DNA from: a virus
Lineage: Duplodnaviria; Caudoviricetes
Direction: 5' to 3' (one strand)
Length of the DNA stretch: 53,565 nt
Virus record (IMG/VR): IMGVR_UViG_3300027728_001630
Span: 1-53,565 of that record
Of the stretch, positions 1-8,543 are shown piece after piece. Each line of letters starts with the position of its first letter. The first letter of the stretch is position 1. The position numbers and the translations under genes are program-made. The notes beneath the pieces are model-generated. The model had not been told where the DNA came from. It saw only the letters and a list, made by a program, of their open reading frames with translations, and did no database searches.

Positions 1-372
1 ATGGATTTGCAGCAGCACCTAATCCGCCAGATGGCGTTCTCTCACGCCACGTTCGGCCCCGGCGAGCGCACCAAGGGCGTTGTTGATCACATCCGCAAGG
101 AGCTGGTCGAGGTGCTGGATGCCAACGGCGAGAGCGAGGAGTGGGTTGACGTTGTGATCCTGGCGCTCGATGGGCTGACTCGTCGTCTGGCATACTGCAA
201 CGGCGTGAGGCGCGATCCTAACGAAGTCGCGGCCATGGCGTGCCGAATGATCGAGGGCAAGCAATCGCGGAACGAGGCGCGCGACTGGCCGGATTGGCGG
301 ACGATGAGCAAGGATCGGGCGATTGAGCATGTCCGCCCGACATTGGACGCCCAAGATCGTGGCAATTTTTGA
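1..372 (+). CDS. DUF550-family dATP/dGTP pyrophosphohydrolase (MazG-like all-alpha NTPase)
   Basis: Motifs TFGPG..GVVDHIRKELVEV, EEWVDVVILALDG, K..RNEAR.WPDWR, IEHVR typical of phage DUF550 proteins. Confidence 0.8.
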   Translation: MDLQQHLIRQMAFSHATFGPGERTKGVVDHIRKELVEVLDANGESEEWVDVVILALDGLTRRLAYCNGVRRDPNEVAAMACRMIEGKQSRNEARDWPDWRTMSKDRAIEHVRPTLDAQDRGNF

Positions 373-392
373 AACGTGGAGAAATCTCAGCC

Positions 393-548
393 ATGAAGAC
401 GCAGATCATCATCGAGCATGAAACTGTCGAGGCTCTGAAATCGTCGGAGCTTTGGGAGCAGATCGCTGCTCTGATGTTTGCCAAGGGGCCGCTGTCAGTC
501 ATCATGGTTGGCATCACGGACGACGATGAAACCGAAGACACGGAGTAA
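393..548 (+). CDS. small hypothetical protein (51 aa, MKTQIIIEHE...DDDETEDTE)
   Basis: Translated by hand; GGAG upstream; tandem operon arrangement. Confidence 0.6.
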   Translation: MKTQIIIEHETVEALKSSELWEQIAALMFAKGPLSVIMVGITDDDETEDTE

Positions 549-578
549 CCTCGGATTATCAACAAGGGAGAGCGCCCC

Positions 579-749
579 GTGATTGCCGAAACCACAATCA
601 GCCCAGGCGAGATTAGCCGTGCCAAGCGCGCTGTCGTCGTGTTGATGGAAGTGTTCAAGGCCGCAAACGGGGGCAAGCAGGCTTCGCTTGAATTGCGCAA
701 AGACGTTCAGGCCCTGATCGGGCTGATCCGAAAGATCGAAAACCTCTAG
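579..749 (+). CDS. small hypothetical protein (56 aa, MIAETTISPG...IRKIENL)
   Basis: GTG start with AAGGGAG upstream; helical-looking peptide. Confidence 0.6.
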   Translation: MIAETTISPGEISRAKRAVVVLMEVFKAANGGKQASLELRKDVQALIGLIRKIENL

Positions 750-761
750 GAGATAGGTCCG

Positions 762-914
762 ATGACGGTTGTCAGCGCCAACGGCGATCACAGGCTCTCT
801 CAGAGCGAAATGGCGGACTACGAATATCAGCAACGTCTGATCGGCCGCGAGAAGTTGGCCCGTCATTTCCAGAACGCCGACGAGTTATCGAACGCTGTGG
901 TACGGTTGCGATAG
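762..914 (+). CDS. small hypothetical protein (50 aa, MTVVSANGDH...AVVRLR)
   Basis: AGGAG RBS overlapping the previous stop. Confidence 0.55.
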   Translation: MTVVSANGDHRLSQSEMADYEYQQRLIGREKLARHFQNADELSNAVVRLR

Positions 915-947
915 GTTCGTGTCGGTTTTTTCACCTGTAATCGGACA

Positions 948-986
948 ACAAAAAACCCCGCTCGAGATTTCTCCCGGCGGGGCTTG
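948..986 (-). terminator. intrinsic terminator between convergent genes
   Basis: CCCCGC...GCGGGG stem preceded by an A-run on + (U-tract on -). Confidence 0.6.
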
Positions 987-998
987 TGAGTTTGTCAT

Positions 999-1838
999 CT
1001 ACGCGCGTCTGACGTGAGTAAGAGCGCGCTGAGCCGTTCCGTGTCCAACACCGTAAATGCGCGCGACCTCGCGCACAGACGGCAAGTCGATGCCCGCCTC
1101 CCTTATCCGGCGGAGTTCTTCGACAACCCGGTCTTGTGCCGTCAAGGGAACGACCTCGATGACGCCGGGCCTGGGATCTGCGCGCCTGCGATGGAACGCA
1201 AATCCGATGAGTGCGAGCCCTCCCATCTCGACCGCAAGCGGCAAAGTCAGGGGATGCACCGTGTCGATCAGATCAGCGGCCCACCCGAACCGCTTATGCA
1301 TGCCGGACTGATCGACAGGGGCGCCAGCCATCTCGAGGGCAGACCGTGCCGTTGCGAGAGCCGTCCTCGCCTCAGCGGTATTCCCCCGAGCCGCCACGCA
1401 ATCACGCGGCGGGGTTCCATTCCTGCGAACCGTCTCGCAGGGCTGGGATTCCAAGTCTTCGAGCTGACCAACACGGGCGATCGCGCGGTCGTATTCGCTC
1501 TGGGCCAGAGACTGGCGGTGGTTGGATCGGGCGGCGGCTTGCTGCTCACGCGCGTGGACCCCTCGCTCGATGGCCACGATTACCGTATGAGAGATGCCGC
1601 CGAGGAGCGTGATGCTGGCACACAGGAGCACGCTCCATAGGCCAGACCTCCAACTATGCTCCGCTACAGGAACCGCAATTGCCATCGCGACAGGCAGGGC
1701 AACTGCGGCGAGGCCGATCCCCGTGTAGAGGTTGGCCCATCCCAGGAAGTCGATATTCTGCAGGACCTGGGAGCCGATCAGGACGACCCCAGCCAGCATT
1801 GCCAGGACCCTGAGGCTTAGTGTAAGAAGGCACGTCAT
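999..1838 (-). CDS. membrane protein with several TM helices, coiled coil and C-terminal HTH
   Basis: Start moved to ATG 1838 (GAGGT RBS); hydrophobic N-terminal segments; C-terminal PSVREVARIYGVGHGTAQRAL HTH-like motif. Confidence 0.7.
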   Translation of the reverse strand: MTCLLTLSLRVLAMLAGVVLIGSQVLQNIDFLGWANLYTGIGLAAVALPVAMAIAVPVAEHSWRSGLWSVLLCASITLLGGISHTVIVAIERGVHAREQQAAARSNHRQSLAQSEYDRAIARVGQLEDLESQPCETVRRNGTPPRDCVAARGNTAEARTALATARSALEMAGAPVDQSGMHKRFGWAADLIDTVHPLTLPLAVEMGGLALIGFAFHRRRADPRPGVIEVVPLTAQDRVVEELRRIREAGIDLPSVREVARIYGVGHGTAQRALTHVRRA

Positions 1839-2430
1839 CGGTGACCTCGCAGTTCCGATGTGTACGCTGGGGTCGGGGTACCATCCCCTGTCCAGCGCCC
1901 TGCCGCAGGCAGGTGTCAGTCTCCGGGCACTGTCACCAGGGGCTGGCATCCGCCTGCGGCGCGTCTTGCCAATGGCTTTACGGTCGTCGACGGGCGAGGT
2001 CCAAGGCCATCACGGGGATGGCGATAAGCCCGACGGCGGCAACCAGGAAGCGCAGGTCGATCTGGCTGATGCCAGCCTCGCGAACGGCGTTCCCGCAGAC
2101 CATGACTCCGACGAGAAGGCCGGCCATTGCCAGCCACTCCGGAGGAAACCTCCGGGAGGGCGATCACCGTCGATCCGTACTGGGGCGGACCTTGTGTCGA
2201 CGGCCTCGAGCTTGCAATCTGGGTCAAGCCTAAGCCTCAATCCGATCGGAACGGGGAGGACGCCGCCGATCGTCATATTGGCCGTAGTGTTACCCTTGCG
2301 TCGAGCTCGCCCCTTGATGGATCGCCCACCGGGAGGTTCTCTCCCCCGCCAGGGCGGGATGCCCTTGAAGACGGTGAGTAGTGTGATCACAGGAACTGGT
2401 TAGGTTCTCCCCACCCTATGCTCGGCTGGC
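1836..2430. ncRNA. candidate large structured RNA (strand unresolved)
   Basis: Nested helices read by eye, e.g. 2141-2165/2320-2344 (22 of 25 pairs) and hairpin 1902-1960 (23 of 25 pairs with G-U). Confidence 0.45.
1978..2127 (-). CDS. possible 49-aa membrane peptide (MAGLLVGVMV...LDLARRRP)
   Basis: GGAG 9 nt upstream; two hydrophobic stretches; lies within the structured region so may be spurious. Confidence 0.35.
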   Translation of the reverse strand: MAGLLVGVMVCGNAVREAGISQIDLRFLVAAVGLIAIPVMALDLARRRP

Positions 2431-2465
2431 TTCACTGCCGCTTCGGATGGTTCGCGTCTATGATC

Positions 2466-2560
2466 TTATTATAGCATATTTTTGGCCGACGAAAATAGGA
2501 AATAGATGTAATAATTATCACTTTAACGTGATTTGATGTCGGTTTTTGGCCGACATATCT
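2466..2560. promoter_or_regulatory. AT-rich divergent promoter/operator region
   Basis: Minus-strand extended -10 TGcTATAAT near 2467-2476; TTTTTGGCCGAC occurs twice (2479, 2543); inverted repeat ATGTCGG-N7-CCGACAT at 2536-2556. Confidence 0.55.
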
Positions 2561-2561
2561 A

Positions 2562-2771
2562 GTGATCATGACAGATGTTCCAGTCAAACGAGGACGTGGC
2601 CGACCCCGCACAGACGAGGCTGCGGCGCTCGTCCGCGTCAACGTCCGTCTTCCCGTCGCAGTGGAAGCAGCTATTAGGCGGGTTACCGCCGCGCGCAAAG
2701 ACGGCGGCGATATGGCCGACACCCATCGCGCGCTGCTTGTCGATGCCCTTGAGCGCATGGGTGAACTATGA
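2562..2771 (+). CDS. ribbon-helix-helix (Arc/CopG-like) DNA-binding protein with AT-hook-like motif
   Basis: KRGRGRPR followed by VRVNVRLP beta-ribbon and two helices; ATGA overlap with next gene. Confidence 0.65.
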   Translation: MIMTDVPVKRGRGRPRTDEAAALVRVNVRLPVAVEAAIRRVTAARKDGGDMADTHRALLVDALERMGEL

Positions 2772-3259
2772 AAACAAACGCCCACCTCTACGTGATGAAA
2801 TCGCCTAACGGCACGATAAAACTGGGTCATTCGAAGCAGCCGAATGTTAGGCGTCGCCAGATAGAGTTGCAGTTGAATACGACGTTGAAGGTCATTCATG
2901 TGACCGAGATCATCCTCAATGCCGAGCGGGTTGAGCGGCTGGCCCACCGGCTTCTGGCTGTCGCAAAGAAGCGCGTCGGCGAGCAAGGTGAATGGTTCTC
3001 GGCCTCGGTGGACGAAGCGATCGCGTCGATTGAGCAGGCAATTAGAATTGCTAACGGTGAGTTAGACGAGCCCGTTTGGCCGAAGCGCTTCACTGATCGT
3101 CCGACGCCGGGCAGCAATACATTCTCTATGCGTCTCGACCCCGATCTTAAGCAGCGCCTCCAAGCGCTCGCCGACGCTGATCGGCGGAGCCTTACGAACT
3201 ATATTGAGCTGGTTCTTGAGCGGCATGTTCGAGACTGGGTGCGACACCCTGCCACATAG
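2768..3259 (+). CDS. GIY-YIG (T5orf172-like) domain protein fused to C-terminal RHH domain
   Basis: HLYVM...IKLGHS..P..R...E..AH..L......GEWF; C-terminal FSMRLDPDLKQRLQALADADRRSLTNYIELVL. Confidence 0.75.
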   Translation: MKTNAHLYVMKSPNGTIKLGHSKQPNVRRRQIELQLNTTLKVIHVTEIILNAERVERLAHRLLAVAKKRVGEQGEWFSASVDEAIASIEQAIRIANGELDEPVWPKRFTDRPTPGSNTFSMRLDPDLKQRLQALADADRRSLTNYIELVLERHVRDWVRHPAT

Positions 3260-3297
3260 CAAAGCGTAGTTACTTGCGAAAAATGCAAGAAAACCGC

Positions 3298-3326
3298 TTG
3301 CGCAAATTCCACGGCGCGGGTATAGA
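3298..3326 (+). promoter_or_regulatory. sigma70-like promoter
   Basis: TTGCGC-N17-TATAGA. Confidence 0.5.
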
Positions 3327-3347
3327 AATCAGTATAGTCAGCAACTG

Positions 3348-3386
3348 CGCCCGGCACCCACCAAGGATGTCCGGGCGTTTTGCTTT
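3348..3386 (+). terminator. terminator-like hairpin just downstream of the promoter
   Basis: CGCCCGG/CCGGGCG stem followed by TTTTGCTTT. Confidence 0.5.
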
Positions 3387-3389
3387 CTG

Positions 3390-3835
3390 GTCAATCTGCC
3401 AACACCCACACAGCGCGGCACCTCACGCACCCGATGCACTCACGTGCCCCGGCGCTGTACCGGCGTGTGACGATGGACCGGTTCCGACTATCCGAAATCT
3501 CACCCCCCCTTAGTGCTGCGTTCCCCCTCAAGAGTAGACAGCAAGGGAGAGATCAGATGCGCAAGTTGATTCGGGCTGACGCGAATGTAGGCCGGTGCAT
3601 CGTGCTGCACGTCACCCAGCCCGGAGAGCCTAGTACATCCTGACGCGGACCAGTGCTGAGAACGCGGCGGGCTGGTGCGTAGACGATCCCGGCCCGCCGT
3701 CCCCTACTCTCGAATTCCAAGTTACCCGGCGGGAGATATCTCGATCGGGGGTCGGCCAGCGGCATTTCAATCAGGTGGCAGCAGACCCCTCTGTGCCTTT
3801 TTGATGCCGCTGGCCACACTTCATCAGCTTGCGAT
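3390..3835 (+). ncRNA. candidate structured leader RNA
   Basis: No convincing ORF; helices 3432-3439/3595-3602, 3664-3675/3689-3700, perfect 12-bp 3754-3765/3804-3815. Confidence 0.4.
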
Positions 3836-3847
3836 AGGCAACAGGAA

Positions 3848-4183
3848 ATGCTGGACAAAGTCAATGGCGAGTTGATCGAAGGGCTCGGCCGCAGTTTTGT
3901 GGTCGTTCCGCTCCGCAAGTGGGCCGACACAGAGATGTGGACCGAGGCGCGGGCCAAGGCCGCCGCCGCTTTCGGCAAGAAGGGCGCTCTCTATCCGGTG
4001 CAGATCAGCGAGGACGATGTCCTTGTCCAGGAGTATCCAGCGCAGCAACGGCTCGCTTTCCTGTTCCACCGTAAGGTGGCCGGCCGGTCCTACTACATGC
4101 CCGTCGTCATGATTTTCGACGAGCGCACCGTAGCCAGCCTGAAGATGGCAGGTCGGTGGAAGATGGACGGGAGCGTCCACTGA
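3848..4183 (+). CDS. hypothetical protein
   Basis: ACAGGA RBS, GC3-rich codons. Confidence 0.7.
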   Translation: MLDKVNGELIEGLGRSFVVVPLRKWADTEMWTEARAKAAAAFGKKGALYPVQISEDDVLVQEYPAQQRLAFLFHRKVAGRSYYMPVVMIFDERTVASLKMAGRWKMDGSVH

Positions 4184-4221
4184 TGGCCTACATTCGGAGC
4201 GTCCACTGATGGCCTACATTC
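4170..4221 (+). repeat. perfect 26-bp tandem duplication GGAGCGTCCACTGATGGCCTACATTC
   Basis: Copies at 4170-4195 and 4196-4221. Confidence 0.95.
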
Positions 4222-4850
4222 TTGGGAACATCCCTTTTTTCGAGTGTCTTGTCCGCCGCGAGTACACACGCAACCGGGTGGACCGACAAGGCGAATTCCT
4301 GCCAGCCGTTGCCCATGCCATTCGGTGCCAGCGCGGCGACAGCCTGCTGTTTCAGTGCGTCTTTACCGAGACATTCGGCGGTGCCAGCTTCTTGGTGCCG
4401 ATCGAAGCGATCTGCTGGAAGCCCTGCCCGCCATTGCCAGCGGTTGCCGTGCAGCCGTGGGATTGCTTCTCGCCCGACTTTGGCGTTTGCGAGTTCGATC
4501 TACTGCGTCGCGGCCGCGCCTTTCTGCTGCCGGACAAAACACCGGCAGAGTATCGGTTTACGGTGGACTGGACTGGCAACGATCTCGCGCTTCACTTCGA
4601 GCAGCACAAGCACCTGCACGTCGTTTTTTCCGGGACTGGCCACGTCTGCGCGGTTCCGAACAATCGCTTGATCTGGGACGATCCCGCCTTTTGGAAAGCC
4701 ACGGAAGAGCGCCCGGACTTCACGGCTCTCTCTGGCGATTTCCGCGCCGAAGGTATGCCGAGGACCGAGACATGCGCCAAGCCCGCAGGGTACGAGAAGT
4801 CACCGTCTCTTCGCGCCCACGCGCCGACCGTCGACGGAGATTGGCTATGA
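4209..4850 (+). CDS. conserved-looking phage hypothetical protein
   Basis: 213 aa, GGAG RBS, motifs QPWDCFS, EQHKHLH, PNNRLIWDDP. Confidence 0.75.
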   Translation: MAYILGNIPFFECLVRREYTRNRVDRQGEFLPAVAHAIRCQRGDSLLFQCVFTETFGGASFLVPIEAICWKPCPPLPAVAVQPWDCFSPDFGVCEFDLLRRGRAFLLPDKTPAEYRFTVDWTGNDLALHFEQHKHLHVVFSGTGHVCAVPNNRLIWDDPAFWKATEERPDFTALSGDFRAEGMPRTETCAKPAGYEKSPSLRAHAPTVDGDWL

Positions 4851-4972
4851 TCCTGGATCTGCTCGACTTCCTCGCTCGACCGCAGGACTACGCGTTCACC
4901 TACCGCAACCGCAACGGCGAGTTCTACCTTGTGCGCATCTCAGACCTTCCGCCAGAGGCCAAGATCCGATGA
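4847..4972 (+). CDS. small hypothetical protein (41 aa, MILDLLDFLA...EAKIR)
   Basis: GGAG RBS, ATGA overlap with upstream stop. Confidence 0.5.
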   Translation: MILDLLDFLARPQDYAFTYRNRNGEFYLVRISDLPPEAKIR

Positions 4973-5068
4973 CACCCAGGTTCGATTGAGTGGCGCCCGA
5001 CCAACGCGGAACAGACCGGCACCTACGCGATGTTGCCACAATAGCCACTGATTTGCGCTTACAGTTAA

Positions 5069-5272
5069 TCATTTTGGCCAATCGTCCGGCCTATAGCCGC
5101 GTAGGTAGGCTTCGACTAGTCGTCTCTGTGGCTCTCGGACAACACGACGTCCCGTCTCAAGGTCGTGCTGCATCTGGCGGCGTTGGATCCCTTGATAGCC
5201 GAGCATCGTCGCTAGCTGCTCAAGGGTAAGCCCGAGACGCTTTCGCGCTCGGGCCATGTCGTTAGGTGTCAT
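5069..5272 (-). CDS. XRE/Cro-type HTH transcriptional regulator
   Basis: MTPNDMARARKRLGLTLEQLATMLG...ETGRR pattern; start moved to ATG 5272. Confidence 0.75.
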   Translation of the reverse strand: MTPNDMARARKRLGLTLEQLATMLGYQGIQRRQMQHDLETGRRVVREPQRRLVEAYLRGYRPDDWPK

Positions 5273-5276
5273 TGCG

Positions 5277-5720
5277 TCAGGCTGCATTTTGCACGATCGT
5301 TGGCTTGACAACTTCAAACCCATGCATGGCGTTTTTAACAATGTCGGCCTTTGCTTCTTCAGTGATTGTCGTGGATATCTTTTCTTCTCTGCCAAGGCCT
5401 GTGTAACGCTGGACAATCTGAATCTTTTCAAACGCTGTGAGCAACCAGCCCACGGTCGAACGGGTTAAAACAAGGCGGTTTGCAATGCCGCTGCGTGCAG
5501 TCTCGCTTACGCATGTGACGGTTGTTCCTGGACGATTGGCCACTTTCACACCAGCGCGTTCGAGTCTTTCTTCCGCGCTTAGGACAAGTTCCTTAACCGC
5601 AAATGCCGTGTAGGTGTGTGTGGTGGCGCGGCCGTTGACCCCGTTAACCAGAGCTTCGAGTTCGGGTGGCATCGGTAAATTTGTTTGCTTGCGGTGTGCA
5701 ACAAGCGCGTCACCGGACAA
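5277..5720 (-). CDS. hypothetical protein (start uncertain)
   Basis: Protein-like ORF upstream of the HTH gene in a lower-GC leftward cassette. Confidence 0.55.
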   Translation of the reverse strand: MSGDALVAHRKQTNLPMPPELEALVNGVNGRATTHTYTAFAVKELVLSAEERLERAGVKVANRPGTTVTCVSETARSGIANRLVLTRSTVGWLLTAFEKIQIVQRYTGLGREEKISTTITEEAKADIVKNAMHGFEVVKPTIVQNAA

Positions 5721-5793
5721 GCGCTTGTCATGCTCGCGAGCTTCGCGGTAAGTTTCATCCTTTGGGTTGGCTTAATGCCGTGTTGACCATTTC

Positions 5794-5821
5794 AATCTAG
5801 CACATCTGCGGCGTATGTCAA
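5794..5821 (-). promoter_or_regulatory. sigma70-like promoter for the leftward cassette
   Basis: TTGACA-N16-TAGATT with TG extension. Confidence 0.55.
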
Positions 5822-5877
5822 CAGCCATACTTCACTTATTTTGCAGATAGCCAAAATGCCCGAGAGGGAGCAACCCG

Positions 5878-6759
5878 ATGGCCAAGACACCACCACGACG
5901 CACCAAATCTAAGACACCACCCCCCGCCAAGCGGGTGCCAAAGCGCAAGCTGACCCCGAAGGTCCAAGCCACACCACGCCAAGTCGACCTCGAAGAAGCA
6001 ATAGCCGCTAAGAAGGCAGTCAAGATCGACCGCCAACCTCTCCGCCCAGCATCCAAGCCGACACCACACCACGTCTCGTCCGCAGTAGAGCGCGCCATCG
6101 CTCGAGCCGAAGGCCGGGAACTCCCAGAGCCTGACCATCCGAGCACGGTTCCCTACTCCGAAAAGAGCCGGGAGACACTGCTCAAAGGTCCAGCACCAGG
6201 GGCGGCGTCGACACCACCGCCTCCCCCGCCAGTGACCGAGGCAGTGCCGACACTCCGAGGCCGGCCGTCCAAGTACGAACCGGAGTTCGCAGAGCGCGCT
6301 AAGGAGATGTGCGAGCGCGGTGCGACCGACTACGATCTGGCCGAAGAGTTCGAGGTGAACGTCACAACGATCTGGCGCTGGCAGACCAGATACGACGAAT
6401 TCTGCAATGCTCTCAAGGCGAAAGCCGGTTACGACGACCGGGTCGAGCGGTCATTGGCACAGCGTGCAGTGGGCTACACCTACGATACACAGAAGGTGTT
6501 CTGCTTCCAGGGCACCGTTGTCCGCGCTGACGTCGTCGAGCACGTGCCGCCTGATCCTGGCGCTTGCAAGCTCTGGCTGGCAGCGAGGAAGCCGAAGGAG
6601 TGGCGCGAGACACAGCGCCTTGAGCACACTGGCCGGGACGGCGGGCCGATCGAAACCGTCAACCGCTCCGACATGGTGGTCGCCCGCCGGCTGGCATTCG
6701 CCATGGCTCGAGCTCTGTCGCAGCCATCCATGGTGATCGATGTCGAACCGGCAGCTTAG
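5878..6759 (+). CDS. terS: terminase small subunit
   Basis: GRPSKYEPEF...GATDYDLAEEFEVNVTTIWRW HTH, VERSL..RAVGY, PPD..A...WL..R.P..WR, EHTGRDGGPI; directly upstream of terL. Confidence 0.85.
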   Translation: MAKTPPRRTKSKTPPPAKRVPKRKLTPKVQATPRQVDLEEAIAAKKAVKIDRQPLRPASKPTPHHVSSAVERAIARAEGRELPEPDHPSTVPYSEKSRETLLKGPAPGAASTPPPPPPVTEAVPTLRGRPSKYEPEFAERAKEMCERGATDYDLAEEFEVNVTTIWRWQTRYDEFCNALKAKAGYDDRVERSLAQRAVGYTYDTQKVFCFQGTVVRADVVEHVPPDPGACKLWLAARKPKEWRETQRLEHTGRDGGPIETVNRSDMVVARRLAFAMARALSQPSMVIDVEPAA

Positions 6760-8431
6760 TGGCGGAGCGTCGTTCAACGAGTTCCTGGCCGCGTTCAAAG
6801 CGCTCCCGCCCGAGGAAAAGCAGGCAGCCGAGCAGTTCGCCGATCAAGTGTGCAGCGACATGCTGTGGGTTCCAAACCCGGGACCGCAGACGCAGGCGTA
6901 CTACTGCGAGGCGGATGAGCTGTTCTACGGCGGCGCCGGCGGAGGCGGTAAATCGTCCCTGCTTTGCGGGTTAGCCGTCAACGAGCACTACGACATCCAC
7001 TTGTTCCGCCGTGAAAGCGTGCAGCTGCGCGGACTCGTAAAGGAGCTTACGACGATACTCGGCTCGTCCGACGGGCTCAACAACCAGACAGGGCTATGGC
7101 GCCTACCAACAGGTCAGACCATAGAGCTCGCGGGCTTGAAGGACGAAGACGACAAGGTCGATTGGCAGGGACGGGCTGCCGACATGAAAGGCTTCGACGA
7201 GATCACGCACTTCAGCCGGTCGCAGTATGAATTCGTAATCGGCTGGAACCGCTCGACCAGAGAAGGGCAGCGGTGTCGGGTGGTCTCAACTGGCAACCCG
7301 CCGCTCGACGAGAACGGTCTGTGGGTCATCGAGTATTGGGGGCCGTGGCTCGACGAGACACACGACGATCCGGCCGCTCCAGGGGAGCTGCGCTACCCGG
7401 TGCGCGTGTCCGAGGACAGCGACGAAACCCGCGAAGTTTTCTACCGCACGAAGGAAGAGGCGTTAGCGCACCTCGCGACATTCTCTCGACCGCCGCGCGA
7501 CCTCGACGGGAATATCCTACCGCCGCGGTCGCGGACATTCATTCCAGCACACCTCGAGGACAACCCGGATCTGATGCGGTCGGGGTATGCGGCGGTTCTG
7601 GACCGCATGCCCAAGGAACTCCGCGACGCACTCCGCGACGGTAAGTTCAAGTCGTCGTTCGTCGACGACGAATTCCAGGTGATCCCGACAGAGTGGATCG
7701 TCGCAGCCCAGGCAAGGTGGACGCCGAAGCGGCCAGCCAACATCGGCATGACGTCGATCGGGGTCGACATCGCGCAAGGCGGCGCAGATCGGACGGTCCT
7801 GGCGCCACGGTATGGCGACTACTTCGAGCCGCTCATCATCAAGCCAGGCCGCGAGACGCCGGACGGACCGACCGCCGCCGCGCTGGTAATCGTCCACATG
7901 AGGGACGGAGCGACAATCAACATCGACCTCGGCGGGGGCTGGGGCGGTAGCTGCTACGACTTCCTGAAGGGCAACGACCTCGTCGACATCACCGGCATCG
8001 TCCCAGGGGCGGGATCAACCGGCCGGTCGCTGGACGGCAAGCTGTCGTTCCGCAACATCCGAGCCGAGATGTGGTGGCGGTTTCGCGAATCGCTCGACCC
8101 CACAAGCCCGTTCAAGATCGCACTGCCGCCAGATCCTGAGCTTCGGCGCGAGCTGGCCGCCTGTAAATGGAAGCCGATCTCTGGCTTGATGATCCAGATC
8201 GAGGACAAGGAACTCATCAAGAAGCGCCTCGGGCGATCGCCGGACAAGGGCGACGCCGTGGTGATGGCGTGGTTCTCGGGCGACACAAAGAAGCGGCGGC
8301 GCGAGGATAGGCCCAAACGGGGACAAATGCAGGACAAGGCCGATATCGGGGGCCGCAAGCTTCACTCGGACTACCGCCGCAGTCGCAGCAGCCAGGACGA
8401 TGAAGGCTCAGACGGCGGCGAGCAAGGCTAA
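6740..8431 (+). CDS. terL: terminase large subunit
   Basis: PNPGPQ, Walker A GGAGGGGKS, Walker B FDEITHF, TGNP, nuclease GVDIAQGGAD and SPDKGDA. Confidence 0.92.
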   Translation: MSNRQLSGGASFNEFLAAFKALPPEEKQAAEQFADQVCSDMLWVPNPGPQTQAYYCEADELFYGGAGGGGKSSLLCGLAVNEHYDIHLFRRESVQLRGLVKELTTILGSSDGLNNQTGLWRLPTGQTIELAGLKDEDDKVDWQGRAADMKGFDEITHFSRSQYEFVIGWNRSTREGQRCRVVSTGNPPLDENGLWVIEYWGPWLDETHDDPAAPGELRYPVRVSEDSDETREVFYRTKEEALAHLATFSRPPRDLDGNILPPRSRTFIPAHLEDNPDLMRSGYAAVLDRMPKELRDALRDGKFKSSFVDDEFQVIPTEWIVAAQARWTPKRPANIGMTSIGVDIAQGGADRTVLAPRYGDYFEPLIIKPGRETPDGPTAAALVIVHMRDGATINIDLGGGWGGSCYDFLKGNDLVDITGIVPGAGSTGRSLDGKLSFRNIRAEMWWRFRESLDPTSPFKIALPPDPELRRELAACKWKPISGLMIQIEDKELIKKRLGRSPDKGDAVVMAWFSGDTKKRRREDRPKRGQMQDKADIGGRKLHSDYRRSRSSQDDEGSDGGEQG

Positions 8432-8543
8432 GTCGTTGAAATTCGGTCTCGTTCAGCGATCCGTTGCTGAAACAGCAGCAACAACAATGGCTTAGATCTA
8501 AGTTATTGAAATATAGTCTGTTCCAGACATAAAGGAGAGTCAA

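Noticed and set aside
2141-2160. GGAGGAAAC...CCGGG resemblance to the RNase P RNA P4 motif
   Set aside because: Motif is imperfect and the matching 3' conserved segment was not found
1732-2403. 223-aa + strand ORF across structured region 1
   Set aside because: No RBS or recognisable motifs; overlaps the leftward membrane gene
4170-4221. Possible CRISPR-like repeat
   Set aside because: Only two adjacent copies with no spacer
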